Shown piece by piece: positions 1 to 12,094 of a DNA stretch of 64,000 bases. Position 1 is the stretch's first letter, and the number at the start of each line of letters is the position of its first letter. The notes beneath the pieces were generated by a model. The model searched no databases and was not told where the DNA came from. It was given only the letters and a program-made list of their open reading frames with translations. The DNA comes from Dimorphilus gyrociliatus (taxonomy: Eukaryota; Animalia; Annelida). The translations under genes were made by a program, and so were the position numbers. Where the stretch lies: contig CAJFCJ010000007.1 in NCBI GenBank assembly GCA_904063045.1, positions 864,819 through 928,818 of the forward strand, written 5' to 3'.

Positions 1-1127
1 GGAATTTGAGTAAGTAGGCCTACTGTTGAATGAGAATAATATTCGGGATGACTGAGTATATATATTTTACGGGTGTATGGGCACGTTTCCTTTATTTATT
101 GGGCTATGTAAGTCAAATTTGACGATTGAGCCGTGAAAATAGTGAATGAAAGAAAAGTGGGAAACTGGAAAAGGGCACACAATTCTTGTCATTTTTTACT
201 TAAGCCTTTTATCTTTAAAAAGGGGGACGGATTATAATTGATCAGACACCTTTAACATGGAAACAATTAGTACAGAAGAAGTTTGCTTCAAGATTGAAGG
301 GAGGACATTTGAAACTTCAAGGGAAGAAACAAACGGAATCTCGCCGTCAAAGAGTTGCAATCATTATTCCATATCGTAACAGGGACAGTCATTTCCGAGT
401 ACTGTTACGTTATTTGCACCCTTTATTACAGCGGCAAAATTTAGTAGAATATACAATATATATTGTAGAACAAAAGAACAAATTGCCATTTAATAGGTTA
501 GTCATAACACTATGAGTAGTGTTTGCCTTTTCATTCATTTACTTTATTCATTATAATAACGAAATATACAACAGAGCTTTACTGATAAACATCGGCTTTG
601 CCGAAGCAATGAAGATTCATCCATTTGATTGTCTCATCTTTCATGACGTTGACCTCATACCTGAAGACGATAGAAACCTGTATAACTGCGCTGCTCAACC
701 TAAGCATATGTCTGTGGCTGTGTCATCTTTTGATTATAAACTACCATATACTGACATCTTTGGAGGAGTTGGAGCGGTTTTTTCAAATCAATTTAAAGCT
801 ATTAACGGAATGTCTAACTGTTTTTTCGGTTGGGGAGGGGAAGATGACGATCTCCGAAATAGACTAACTGAGAAAGCTTATCGTATAGTCAGACCATCAG
901 AAACAATTGCTCGATATACTATGTTAACACATGACCAACAGTTTCGATCACATGAGAGATTCAAGTTACTATATAGTGGTTTTGAAAGGTTCAGTAAAGA
1001 TGGACTGAATTCTTTGAAATTTAGATTGTTAAAAATATTTAAGCATAAGCTGTTTACAAAGATTGTTGTTGACTTTGACAAGTTAAGTTTTATCAATAGC
1101 ACAGAGGGAACGGCAATTTGCAAATAA
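1..1127 (+). CDS. Beta-1,4-galactosyltransferase-family (GT7) enzyme, probably beta-1,4-N-acetylgalactosaminyltransferase (bre-4-like); 5' end lies outside the window
   Basis: Exons <1..9, 223..496, 575..1127 joined by GT-AG introns (10..222, 497..574). GT7 motifs present: RVAIIIPYRNR, FNRALLINIGF, FHDVD (DxD), LPYTDIFGGV, FGWGGEDDD, YTMLTH. Confidence 0.9.
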
Positions 1128-1330
1128 CAAAAGTATTATATTGTTATATATACACGTATTTTAAATTAAATAAACATATGGTGTATGGAATTCTTTAGAA
1201 ATTTATGATAAGGAGAAAGAGAAACTTTTTTTTATGACGTTTTAAATGAATTTTAAAAATATAGTCACTGAATTTTTTTTATTAAAAAACAAAGACATCT
1301 TGAAATTTAAAATAATTACAAAGTAAAAAT

Positions 1331-2447
1331 ATGCCAAGTCCTATTTTTCAACAACCTAATCGACGATTATTTAAAACTCGAAGTGCCTCATCCTCCCGAG
1401 AACGATTTCATCCGCACATTAGGGATACTTTACACCGTCAAAGGCAAGAGATGCAATTGTTAATTAACGAATTGAAGAAAAGAGACAAGGAGCTAACGAC
1501 AATGTCGAGTTCTCATAGGCGTCAACTGCTTAGTTGGGAAGAGGATAAACGAAAGTTGAAGGCGGCAACGGAACACCTACAGACTATAGAGAAGGATAAT
1601 AAACAATTGAAAGATGAGAATGAAAGAATACGAGAAGAAATCAAGAAGTTTAAAGGACAAGTAAATAGATTGAATGAGAACAAAGCTTGTAATTTAGCAA
1701 GATCCTTAGAAATGGAAAAAAAGAATAAAGATTTGGCGGAAGCTATTGACGAAATGACCTCCAATATGGGACGTTTGGAAGCAAAAGAAATTGAATTAAG
1801 GTAACTTTGATCACTATTTCACAAACATCAAAGATTATTATTATTTCTTCTATAGCAATATGCTTAGCCTTAGGGAGAGTGATATGGAATCGGCTACGAA
1901 ACATATTATTGAATTGAACCAACGTCTTAAAGAAGAGAATTCAAAGAGACGATTACTTGAAGGTGTTCAGTCGAAATGGACAAAGTTATGTAAAGAATTT
2001 GAAGAATTACAAAGAGAAAAATCAATTATGCAAGAAGCTTTGGTTTCTTTACAAGTAAAAATTGTATTACAATTAATATGCTTATCAAAATTCTCTCTAA
2101 TTTTACAGGATAGCAACTCGAGAAAGGAGGATATTATAAATCTGTTAAAATCGGCGCAAGAGCGTTCCGATTGCGAATTGAATTCTCTTAGGGACGAGTT
2201 AGAAAAACGTATAGAACCAACGGAAACCAAATCAGACGCTTGCCGGACGTCAATGGACCCGTCGTCATTTCGTACAGATATTAACAAGCTTAGACGTCGG
2301 TCATCACCCGAATTTAAGTTACATTCCGTAACGTCAAAGGTCGAATCGACATCACCTTGCGTGAATTTAAAGAGAACATTAAAAAAATCTAAAGAAATAG
2401 TTGATAGTATTGAAGAAATGAGCAGTTGCGATTCCTTTGATCAGTAA
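1331..2447 (+). CDS. CCDC62: Coiled-coil domain-containing protein 62-like
   Basis: Exons 1331..1800, 1856..2054, 2109..2447 (55 and 54 bp GT-AG introns keep frame). RQRQEMQLLINELKKRDKEL...HRRQLLSWEEDK and RKEDIINLLKSAQERSDCELNSLR match recalled CCDC62 segments (KQRKELQLLIGELKDRDKEL...QLLSWEEDR; RKDELLNIAKSKQERTNSELHNLR). Confidence 0.75.
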
Positions 2448-2545
2448 CAAACAATACCAGTTAGTAATTATTTAATGAATTTGTTTAATAATTATATATA
2501 AGCCATCTAACATTAGGAGCTAAGAAATTAGTATAACACCTTCTA

Positions 2546-2547
<2 letters not shown>

Positions 2548-2592
<45 letters not shown>
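2548..2592. repeat. (AT)n microsatellite
   Basis: About 45 bp of uninterrupted AT repeat between two convergent genes. Confidence 0.95.
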
Positions 2593-2595
<3 letters not shown>

Positions 2596-2789
2596 TTACC
2601 TCTATTTGTTTTTCCTTGATGTTTAAAGTTAACTAATTAGCTTAGCGTGACGCTAATGATTGCGACGAAACGAATTACACAGAAACAGTTGAATTTTAAG
2701 ATCTCTTTGAATTTTCCATCGTTTTTCTTCATCTTTCTACTCTTCTCTTCAGTTTTTTATTATTTAGCAAACATTTTTTTTATTAGTTT

Positions 2790-3322
2790 TCAAACGAATT
2801 GCTCCAATTTGGGCTCAAAACGTATATGAGGTTGAGTTTGTTGATCTATTTGTTTTCTTTGAAAATCATTTTCTTTCGTCTGTTCAATTATTTTTGGTCG
2901 TTTGTCAAACCATTCGGCAGCCGAATGAACTCTTGATGATTTCATTCCTATATGATTTTTTGTCGATATAGTAGTATGAATATAGTAATGCATTCTCTTG
3001 TCGAAACTTTAAATGAACAAGAGAATATAATGTACTTCTATCGACAAATAATCCTACCACTTTCGCATACGCAATCCTTTATAGCCTCGGTAATTTCGTT
3101 ATCATTTTCTTCTCTCCTCTTTAATTTGTAGATAAGAAGACGTCTTTGAGCATTTAATGGCAAAGATTGATGAGCGGCTGGTACTTGAACCGAAGTTGTA
3201 TTAATTCTACCAGCCAAAGTTCTATGGGCTTTTGGCGTTAAAGACGTTCTTGTAGCATCTAATTTATTTCTAACATGAGTTAAATCAGCTGGAATGGAAA
3301 TTTGTTCACCATTTTCCTTCAT
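2790..3322 (-). CDS. Uncharacterised small basic protein (about 140 aa), probably 2 exons
   Basis: The ATG ORF 3322..3038 can be joined in frame by a GT-AG intron (3057..2948) to the 2947..2790 reading frame (MKSSRVHSAAEWFDKRPK...). No family recognised. Confidence 0.5.
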
Positions 3323-3707
3323 TATTCACTTTTTTTTCCACTTTTTTTTCTTTTTAATTGTCAAGATCCAAAATAAAAAACATTCTTTAATCGCTTTATG
3401 AGAAGAATTTAAATAATTATGACAAAAATCTTATATTATATATTTTAGGTCTATATTTAGAATTATGCAAATTAGTTATCATATTATTTAAATATTTAAA
3501 ACAACTGAAAATTTTTAAGTATACATTGAAAGAAAAATAAAAAAAAATATCAATATATTAGGGTATGCTAATTAAGATAATTTGCATATTTTGTATAGTT
3601 ATTAATTTAGCGCCATTTCTCACCCTTCTTTATTTTTTTGTTGCTCTTTATTTTATCTTCTTTACAGCATCTATAAATTATCGGTTTTCTTTTTTTTTAT
3701 GTTATAG

Positions 3708-6700
3708 GATTGTATGATTTAATGGATTACATGCTTGTTCATCAAAAAGATACAAAAGATGATGATAAATCGCTTAAACTGAAATATCTCTTAAGAAGAC
3801 TCATTGAATATCTACAAATTAGCTATAAAAAAACAATACCTCAAAAAAAAAATAGTAACATCCTTTACTTTCTCGCTTTCGTATTATAGAAAAACGCTCT
3901 ATTGGTCATCCCATCAACCGTAGCATTTGTTTCCATATATTTGTAGGCCTATATTTGTCATATTTTAGCAGTGGAGCGAAAAAAATTTGCGAGATATAGG
4001 ATATATATTTTTTTTTTGCTACATCATTCCATATATCAGAATTTGGAAAGCATTTAGATGACGAAGATAATCCTGACACTAATCCATTTTCGCAATTGAA
4101 AATAAAATTGGGGAAATTATCAACTCTTTCTTCTAGAGATAGTATTAGGAATCTTTTATCCGAAAATATAAATATTAATAATTCAATTAGCTTGAAGAAG
4201 GATAATTTTAACACTAAGGACTCTTTATCAATACCATATGGTATTTGTATACTTAAGCAAAATTGTCAGAAGTATATTGTGGACCCTAATGGGGAATTCA
4301 AATCTTTACAATCAATGAATAAAAATGAAAATAACAATAAAATTAATAAACCATATAAAGAACAGGATATACTAGTTATAAATGTTCCAAAAGATGGAGA
4401 CGTTGAAACGATAAAGTTAGCTATTGGAAAGGCCAATGAAATATACAAAGGCTTAGTTAAAAGTTCTTCTAATTCTAAATTGACAAAGATTGTAGTAAAT
4501 GTTGAAGACGAAAAGAGTTCGACAAAAGTTGACTGTACGGATAGAAAGTTGGAAACAACTGACTTTAGAGATTCTTTAAGGAATAGCTGCACTACTTTGG
4601 GTCCAGATGTATCAAAAGATAAGAAATCGGAGGAATTATTTGGGGTAAAAGAAGGAGAAAATGATGAAAAGTCTATTAACAGTATGCACTCTTCAGAAGA
4701 TCCCCTAAACTCTTCTATACCTATACATTGTTGTTTGATTAGTCATAATTTAACTAGTAACGATAGCGATGGCATAAAAAGTTCATCTAGTGATGATTGT
4801 ATTGCTAGAAATGAAACATTTGCTAATGCTACAATAGATGATCCTTTCATTCATTATTTACAATGTTATACTGGGGATAAAATATCTTCAAAATCCTGCT
4901 CAAGTCTACCCAACAAGTTTATGGGTAAGATAGTAGATAAACAGGATTTAACACCTTCCCAACTTTCAATTTTATACAAGATGAAACCTAAAAGGAAGCA
5001 TTCTGATCATTCTTTAAGTACCGAGATAGAATTTATCGAGTACTCTTTTGAATATACACCTGTAGAGTCAATGACACTAAAATCAAACTCTAAAGACACT
5101 CTATACAATTATAATAACAAAACGTCTATTGTTGAGTTCGTCAATTCTAAATCTTCGTCAAAAATGACCGTCAACAAAACCACAGATGATAAAATAGCCT
5201 CCCTCGTTCAATCATCTAAATCTGATATAAAATCATCTTCGAAGCTTTTAGTTAATGATAAATCTGATCCATTAGTTTTAAACACTCATATTGCTGTTCA
5301 AGAAAGTCAACCATCGTCAAAAGAAAACTTGACAATCACTAATTACATTTTTAATGAGGTTGTAAGAGAGGCGAAATATTGCGTTGAAACTCCCAAGGAT
5401 GAAGAAAGTTCTCCTCCAATTTTTGGCGAAAGGACAATAAAACAACCAGAATTGAAAGATGAAGATACACTATCAAATATATTTGATAACTCTCAAAGAA
5501 TACCAAATATGCAAATGAATAATCATCACGTTTCATTTAATAATTGTCTTCAAGCGACAAGCGATACAGCTTTAATTAATGTGCATTTTTATTCATTCTC
5601 CATAAATTTAAAATCAACAATACAGCTTGTAGAGTAATAAATTATACTATTCCATATGAATAAGAATGAATAAAAAAGCCTATTACGTAGAAAACGAACA
5701 AGAATTTGATTAGTTCTACGAGTTTATCAATTTCAAAGATTATAACAGAGAATACAACTCCTACAAGTTCAGATATAAAAGTCAATAAAATAATGGAATT
5801 GGAATTACGTAGTTATGAGCATTGGGTTCAAGAAGTCTTTCCGAATTTATCATCTATTGTTGGAGATTTGCATAAAGTTCAGCCAGAATATTGTAAAAAT
5901 TGGAATAATTGCCGTATTATTATAAGGCAATTGTTATTCAATATCGCATTTATATTTGCCGCAAACGAAGAGATAAGTTTTCTTTTAGATTTTGAATTTT
6001 CTGCTAGGAAAGATGAGACAACACCTCTTAGACGAGCAATATATGGTCAAATGAAATCGATATTTCATTCGATAAAGAAGAGAATAGCTGAATTAGAATT
6101 GGAGTTATCTTCCGATTTGAAAAGCACCATCTTTTCCGTTAGAAGGTATAATATTAAAATATTTGTATAGATATCTATAGAATTTTTAAAGAAAAGTTGG
6201 TAGTCTAGTGTATTATAATTGAACTATATTGAATTTTATTGTTGTAGACCCGACTGCGTAAATAAGATGAAAAAATGCTGCTATTATTTAATAAAGTACG
6301 CACTATTGAAAAATCACCCTAGAGGTTATGAATTTATGGTAATATTTGCATCAATAAACTTTTCACTTCTATCAAAGTTACAAGAAACCGATAGGAAATA
6401 TCAACTACGTTTTAATTTAATTAAACTATTTAGTGGACGTCAATTTGATGAAAAAGATTTGGATGTAGACTATTCAGCAGCATTTTCAGATTGCCTTGAA
6501 GTAAATGACTCGGAGTATTTGTCATTTTTAAAACGGATACTGTACAAGGGTAGTAGCACAAATAATCGTGCGGCTGGTAGTTCTAAAGGTGACTCACCAA
6601 CAGCCGATTTAACTATTGAAACTGAAACACAATATAAATCAAGTATTTACCTATTTTTCTTTCAATTACCTTCTGTTATTGAAGGGTTATTATTCTAAGT

Positions 6701-7247
6701 ATTATTCTACTTTTTCTCTATCTTAGCAACAGAAAATCAGGATAAACAGGATTCGGAATTGGAAAGAATACAAAATTTTCAAACTCCAAATGCTAAAGTT
6801 GATTTTCTATTAAGTATGAAGCCTAGTAAACGTTCGAAAGACGTTATCGACGACGCAGTTAACTTTTATAAAGCGTGGGAACCAACAGAATCTTCTCAAA
6901 GAATTGTTAAACTACCAATTAAAAGTCGTAAATCAAAAATTCCTGTACTTTTGTCCAAATTATCTAAAATTAGAGACAAGAAAATATATAACAGCACAAT
7001 TAAAAATGAATATTCATTAGATTGTAATCGATCAATTACAACAAATCCAACGAATTCACCAATAAAACTAGAAAGATCAGATCAAATAACACCACCCGAA
7101 ACGGAGAGCTTAAATTACGGAAATATTTTAAATAATAGTATTAATAGTAAATCTGATAATTTAACAAATTCCAAGACTAGAGATGAGAAATTAAACGAAA
7201 AAATAGAAGAGTTTATGAATTTTAAAGTCCAAAAAAAGATGAACTAA
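3708..7247 (+). CDS. Large uncharacterised multi-exon protein: long Ser/Asn/Lys-rich disordered region, then a helical C-terminal domain
   Basis: Co-linear long ORFs 4096..5637, 5706..6170, 6219..6698 and 6759..7247 separated by short AT-rich gaps with GT/AG ends (e.g. AGAAG|gtataa...gtag|ACCC; TCAA|gtattt...ttag|CAACA). 5' exons and the junction near 5530-5690 are uncertain. Confidence 0.6.
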
Positions 7248-8821
7248 TCTAAGAGAATCAAAACTTAAAAAATCTTTGTTACTATCCATGAATATTTTCA
7301 TTTTTAATCATTTTATCAATAGTTATATTATGGAATAAAAATTTTTTATAATAACGCTTTATTGATTCTTAGCAAATTGAAGGTTTATGTTTGCTCTTAT
7401 TACAAAAGAGTAACAAAAAAGGTGAAAAACATGTCTATTTATGCAATGAAAGGTAAAAAGCTTTTTTAGTCCTTTTCTCACATACAAAAAGTAAAGCCTA
7501 CACTCTTTACATCCTTTGATAAAAAAAAAAGCTTTATTTTTAAAGTCAAAATCCAGGCTACTTTTTTTTTTTATAGCCATTTTACCGCCAAAAATCTTGA
7601 GGTTTTTTTTCAAAGACACACTTAATAGTATATGTGACATAATTTATAATTTACGTTACCTTGAGGCCAATTTTTTTACGTTTGATACGAAGACACATTA
7701 ATTCTCCTATCGAACTTGCTATAAAAGTGTTGAATAAGAAAAACTATTACTTATAAATAATAGGATAGATATGGACCATTCAAATATTACGATAGAATAA
7801 GAATAGTTTAATTTCAATAGTCTAATTTGTTTGCGCTCTAGCTTATAACCTCATAATCAAGGCAGCACCCCTAGAGCAAAAATATCGTTTATAACTTTTA
7901 AATGAGAATGTTAAACGTCCTAATCTATTTTAATATATTACTAGATTTACATAACGCATATAGTCTATACACAAAGATGTTAAATATTAAAAATCCTTTT
8001 AATTCAATCTATCTAAATATAAATATTCACTAATCAAAAAATAATCGAAATTCTTGTTAAAAGTATTATAAAGCAATTCCATTTAATAGTATTATTATTA
8101 CTTCAATTCGTATTGTAGGAAATATAGTAAAATTTCTATTTTGCATTTTCAATCTAGTTAGCTTACCCTAGATCTCTTGAACTCTTGATATCCATTGAAG
8201 CTTTTCTTAACAAATTTCCTGATTAACGATGTCTTTTATTTAAAAAAGTTTATATGTTCAACAATAAATACTATAGGTTTACGGGGATTTTGCATTCCCA
8301 AAAGTTGTCTTTTAACTTGTAAAAGTCACTTGATAATACGTCTGAGCTATAAGGAGTATATATGAAGACAATAGGAACTTTAATTTTGTTGTTATACTTT
8401 TTGAACTTTTAATTCTTTTCTTTCTTTTAACTCACACACTAGAAATCTGTAGTTTTATACAAATTTATTCAATAAAGTACTGAATACAATAATACTTGAC
8501 CTAAAAACGCAAAAAGGATATCTTAATTTACGACTTTCGATGAAAATTGTAGGCCTAAGTTTGTTTCTTAACTTGGTCTATTCTATTCTTTTCTGATAGA
8601 AAATAAAATTCAATAAGTTCATATGCAGTTCTTTAATTTAAAAGTCTACGTATTCTGAATTTCTGGAGAGAACTTATCTAAATATTCATGAAGTGGAGAT
8701 TTCAATACTGAATAAAACTTTTAACAGAGGGCGCTATTTCACCATACACTGAGATGGAAATGTTGAACACTTCATAGCCAGTAGTCATTTTATTCTTTGA
8801 ACAGTAAGAACAAAGTTAAAA

Positions 8822-11319
8822 ATGGGTTTAGAAGCAACGTTACAATATTTAGGGAGATTTGGAAAATATCAAATTGTAACCTATATTATGATAGCAGTAT
8901 GTATGAACTTCCCAACTGCTTGGCAATTATACGGCATAACATTTGAAGGTAATTATGTAATTTATCTATTGTTTATACAATTGTTATCATTTATATTTTG
9001 CTTTAGTAAAGAACTGTTGATTATTAAAGCTACTTTAAAGAAAGGACTATTCATATATACTATTATTTATATATATATATTACGACTCTCTTTGAAAGTC
9101 TAAAACTGTTACAATGTATCGAAAAAATGTACTTAGCCGTTAAAAAGTATTTAAAATATGCAAAAAAAAGGAATTAACGTTTCAATTTTCTTTTTATAAG
9201 AAATAACATGACGTTACATCAATTTTATGACTAAAGATAGACATACAGTTCAAGACTTTTGGATAAAATGCTTGTATTTATTTATATATATATTATTTTC
9301 ATATAAGGTCCAAGCTTTCCTATGCCCTATGGGTGTGACGTAAAGGAACATGTTGGTCTACCGAACGGCGACGACCCTTGTTCATATCATCCCTTTGTTA
9401 TGAAAGTAAGTCATTTTATTTTCTGAGCGCCATCTATATTTAATAAAAAAATTATATTTTTTTTATGATAATAGGGGAACCAGCAACACCCAGATTGGGA
9501 GGTAAAAATTAATGAAAAGATATTAAAATCATTGATATTTTAAGTAGTGATATACCATTATTCAAACAGAAATACAAGAACCAAACATTAAATGGTGTCC
9601 ATCATTACTACGATGGCAGCAAACAGATTGGATGCGAAAAATATAAATATTTTCCGAAACCGATTTATAAATTTCCTGAAGTGGATGGTACCATTCAACA
9701 AGAATTTGATATTGTTTGCGATAAGATAAATTGGATTACATGGTCTCAAGTTATTTTTACTGGTGGTTCTCTTGTCGGTGCGGCATTATGTCCACCATTT
9801 GGTGATTATTTAGGAAGGAGGAGCATATTTTTTATATGTCAATTATTAATGTGTATATTTGGAATTGGAATGGCTTTTAGTCCTAATTTGGCTTCTTTTT
9901 GTGTTTTTCAATTTCTAACTGGAGCTTTTGCTATGGGTAACGATTTATGTGGATTCGTCATTGCATGCGAGCTCTTCCCGAAAGATATGAGATCATTCGT
10001 TTCTCCTTTGATCTATGCATTTTTTGCTATTGGTTCAGCATTACTACCGCTATGGTCTATAATATTTCCCAAATGGAATCACTTACAATTGTTTATCTCT
10101 GTAATCTCTCTAATAACATTAGCCTACTGGCCCTTCTGCCCCGAAAGCTGGAGGTGGCTATTAAGTAAAGGTAAAAATTAATGTAATCAAGAGATAATCT
10201 GCTAAGTACAGTTTATTTTTTTCCTAGGACGAAAGAAGGAAGCAGAAGATTGTTTAAATCTCGCTGCTATATATAACGGAATAGATCGAATAGATCCAGC
10301 TATACTTCACGATGGAGCCGATGAGGAAGAAAACGTTGTTGTCAACGAGAATGACAATTTCTTCACTTACATGTCGAAACCAAAATTGCTTATGTACGCA
10401 CTAGCTATGGCTTTTATTATGGGAAGTTCTAATTTAGTCTACTTCGGCTTGGGCCTTATGGTTGCTACCTTATCGGGAGACTTTTACGTAAATTTTGCCT
10501 GTCTTGCATTGGTAGAGATTATTGGCGTTATCTTGGCTGTTTTAATCGTCAGCTTTGCTGGAAGAAGATATCCTATATCGGGCTTCTTTCTTTGGGCTGC
10601 AGTCTTCTTGTTCCTAGCCGTTATATTTGACCGGGCTCCGTCAATCGATGAACACGTAGATAAAGACCTGAAAGGAAAACTAATTACGTCATTTGTTGTT
10701 ATTAGTAAAATAGGAGTAACAGCAGCTTATTGTGTTATTCTGGTATATATTCAGGAAATATATCCTACTTTTATGAGAGCTTCCGGAATAGGTTTCACAG
10801 CTGGTTTGGGCAATATTGGAACAGTTATGGCTCCCATCGCCATTCTTAGCGTAAGTGGAGTTAAATTTTTAGATTAACATATAAATCATGTAATCAATTT
10901 AATATATTACTTTAAAACAGTCAAAACTTGAATTTGATAAGTTTTACATACCTATCATTGTCTTTGGCTGCGTATCATTTATGGCCGCTTTAGCTACTCT
11001 ACTTCTACCGGAGACTTTAGGAAGGGTATTGCCAACTACTATTAATGAAGTATTACATATGCCCCATACCCTTACTGCTGAAGAATGGACTGAAGCAAGA
11101 CGGCAAGCTTGTAATATTTTCTTTTTCTGGCAATCCAACAAATTTGCACAAGCAGAACAGAATGGTGAATCAAATCAAGAAGGAAGTTCATATTCTGTCA
11201 ACAACACTAAACAAAACGATAAACCACAAGAATTCGCCGATAAAAATGGAAATGGTAGAGATAATCCAGCATACACAGGAGATAAAGGAGGAGTAACGAA
11301 TACTGTTATCAGAATATAG
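8822..11319 (+). CDS. SLC22-family (organic cation/carnitine transporter-like) MFS transporter, copy A
   Basis: Exons 8822..8948, 9308..9405, 9475..9501, 9570..10170, 10228..10850, 10921..11319. SLC22 motifs: LGRFGKYQ, TIQQEFDIVCD, GDYLGRR, ELFP..MR, PESWRWL, QEIYPTFMR, LLLPETLG. Confidence 0.92.
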
Positions 11320-12094
11320 ACATTGTTATTCTCTATTTGTTAGTTCTATATCAAAATTAGTTGAAGATCTTGGGGAGAGTATTTTTTTAACACGAAAATA
11401 GCTTGGAGTGCTAATAAAATACACTCACAAACACACACACACATATATATAAAATGTATATATATATATACAGTATATATAAATTTATAGGCATGTATTT
11501 GATGCATATATACAGTATATATAGAATTTATAACTAAATTATAATATATCATGTTTAGTTGTAATCTATACTTTTATCCATAATATTGTTTTTGTGGTCA
11601 TTTTTATTTTTTAACATTAAATTATCATTTATTAAGAACTCTGTATGTCGCCTTCTCCGTCATATATTCAATGTATAATAAAGTATATATTCCCATTTTT
11701 AACATATAATATACTTGCTACTTTAATAAAAACGGATTATTAAATCTTTTACGAGTATCTAAAATTGTAAAGTAGACTATAAATTAAGCCTATAATTTAA
11801 ATGTAAGTTTTAATACTCTCAATGAAACATATTTTTAAAAGTAATTCTTTAATGGAATATACTAAATTTGGTAGTATTTTTTTTATAAAAGTATACTAAT
11901 TTATTTATATAATCATTAACTATATAATTCTAAATGAATTGTTGAGGAAAAACTAAATTAATTCAACAGAGGGCGGTAAATGACTTAGAAAACATTTGGG
12001 ATATTTAATTTTCAGGTATTCAATGCCTGGGACAGTTAGGTAATATCACTTTGGTCTGTGTAAGCTAGCTTGGTTGGACAAATTCAATTATAGA

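Noticed and set aside
6230-6330. CCYYLIKYALL vaguely resembling the Mab-21/cGAS SYHxKT helix
   Set aside because: Spacing is off by one and no nucleotidyltransferase hG[GS]...DxD motif was found; too weak without a profile search.
7359-7701. Overlapping ORFs 7359..7640 (-) and 7516..7701 (+)
   Set aside because: Poly-A/poly-T-driven K/F-rich low-complexity translations in the 3' flank; no motif or splice context.
11421-11530. CA/TA mixed repeat sharing TATATACAG(..)TATATAAATTTATA with 63330-63376
   Set aside because: Similarity is explained by simple-sequence composition; no terminal repeats or target-site duplication to support a mobile element.
12074-12094. ORF-track N-terminal extension MDKFNYR of SLC22 copy B
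   Set aside because: It starts at TTG and lies in a probable 5'UTR intron ending ...ATTATAG just before the ATG at 12095, which aligns with copy A's start.
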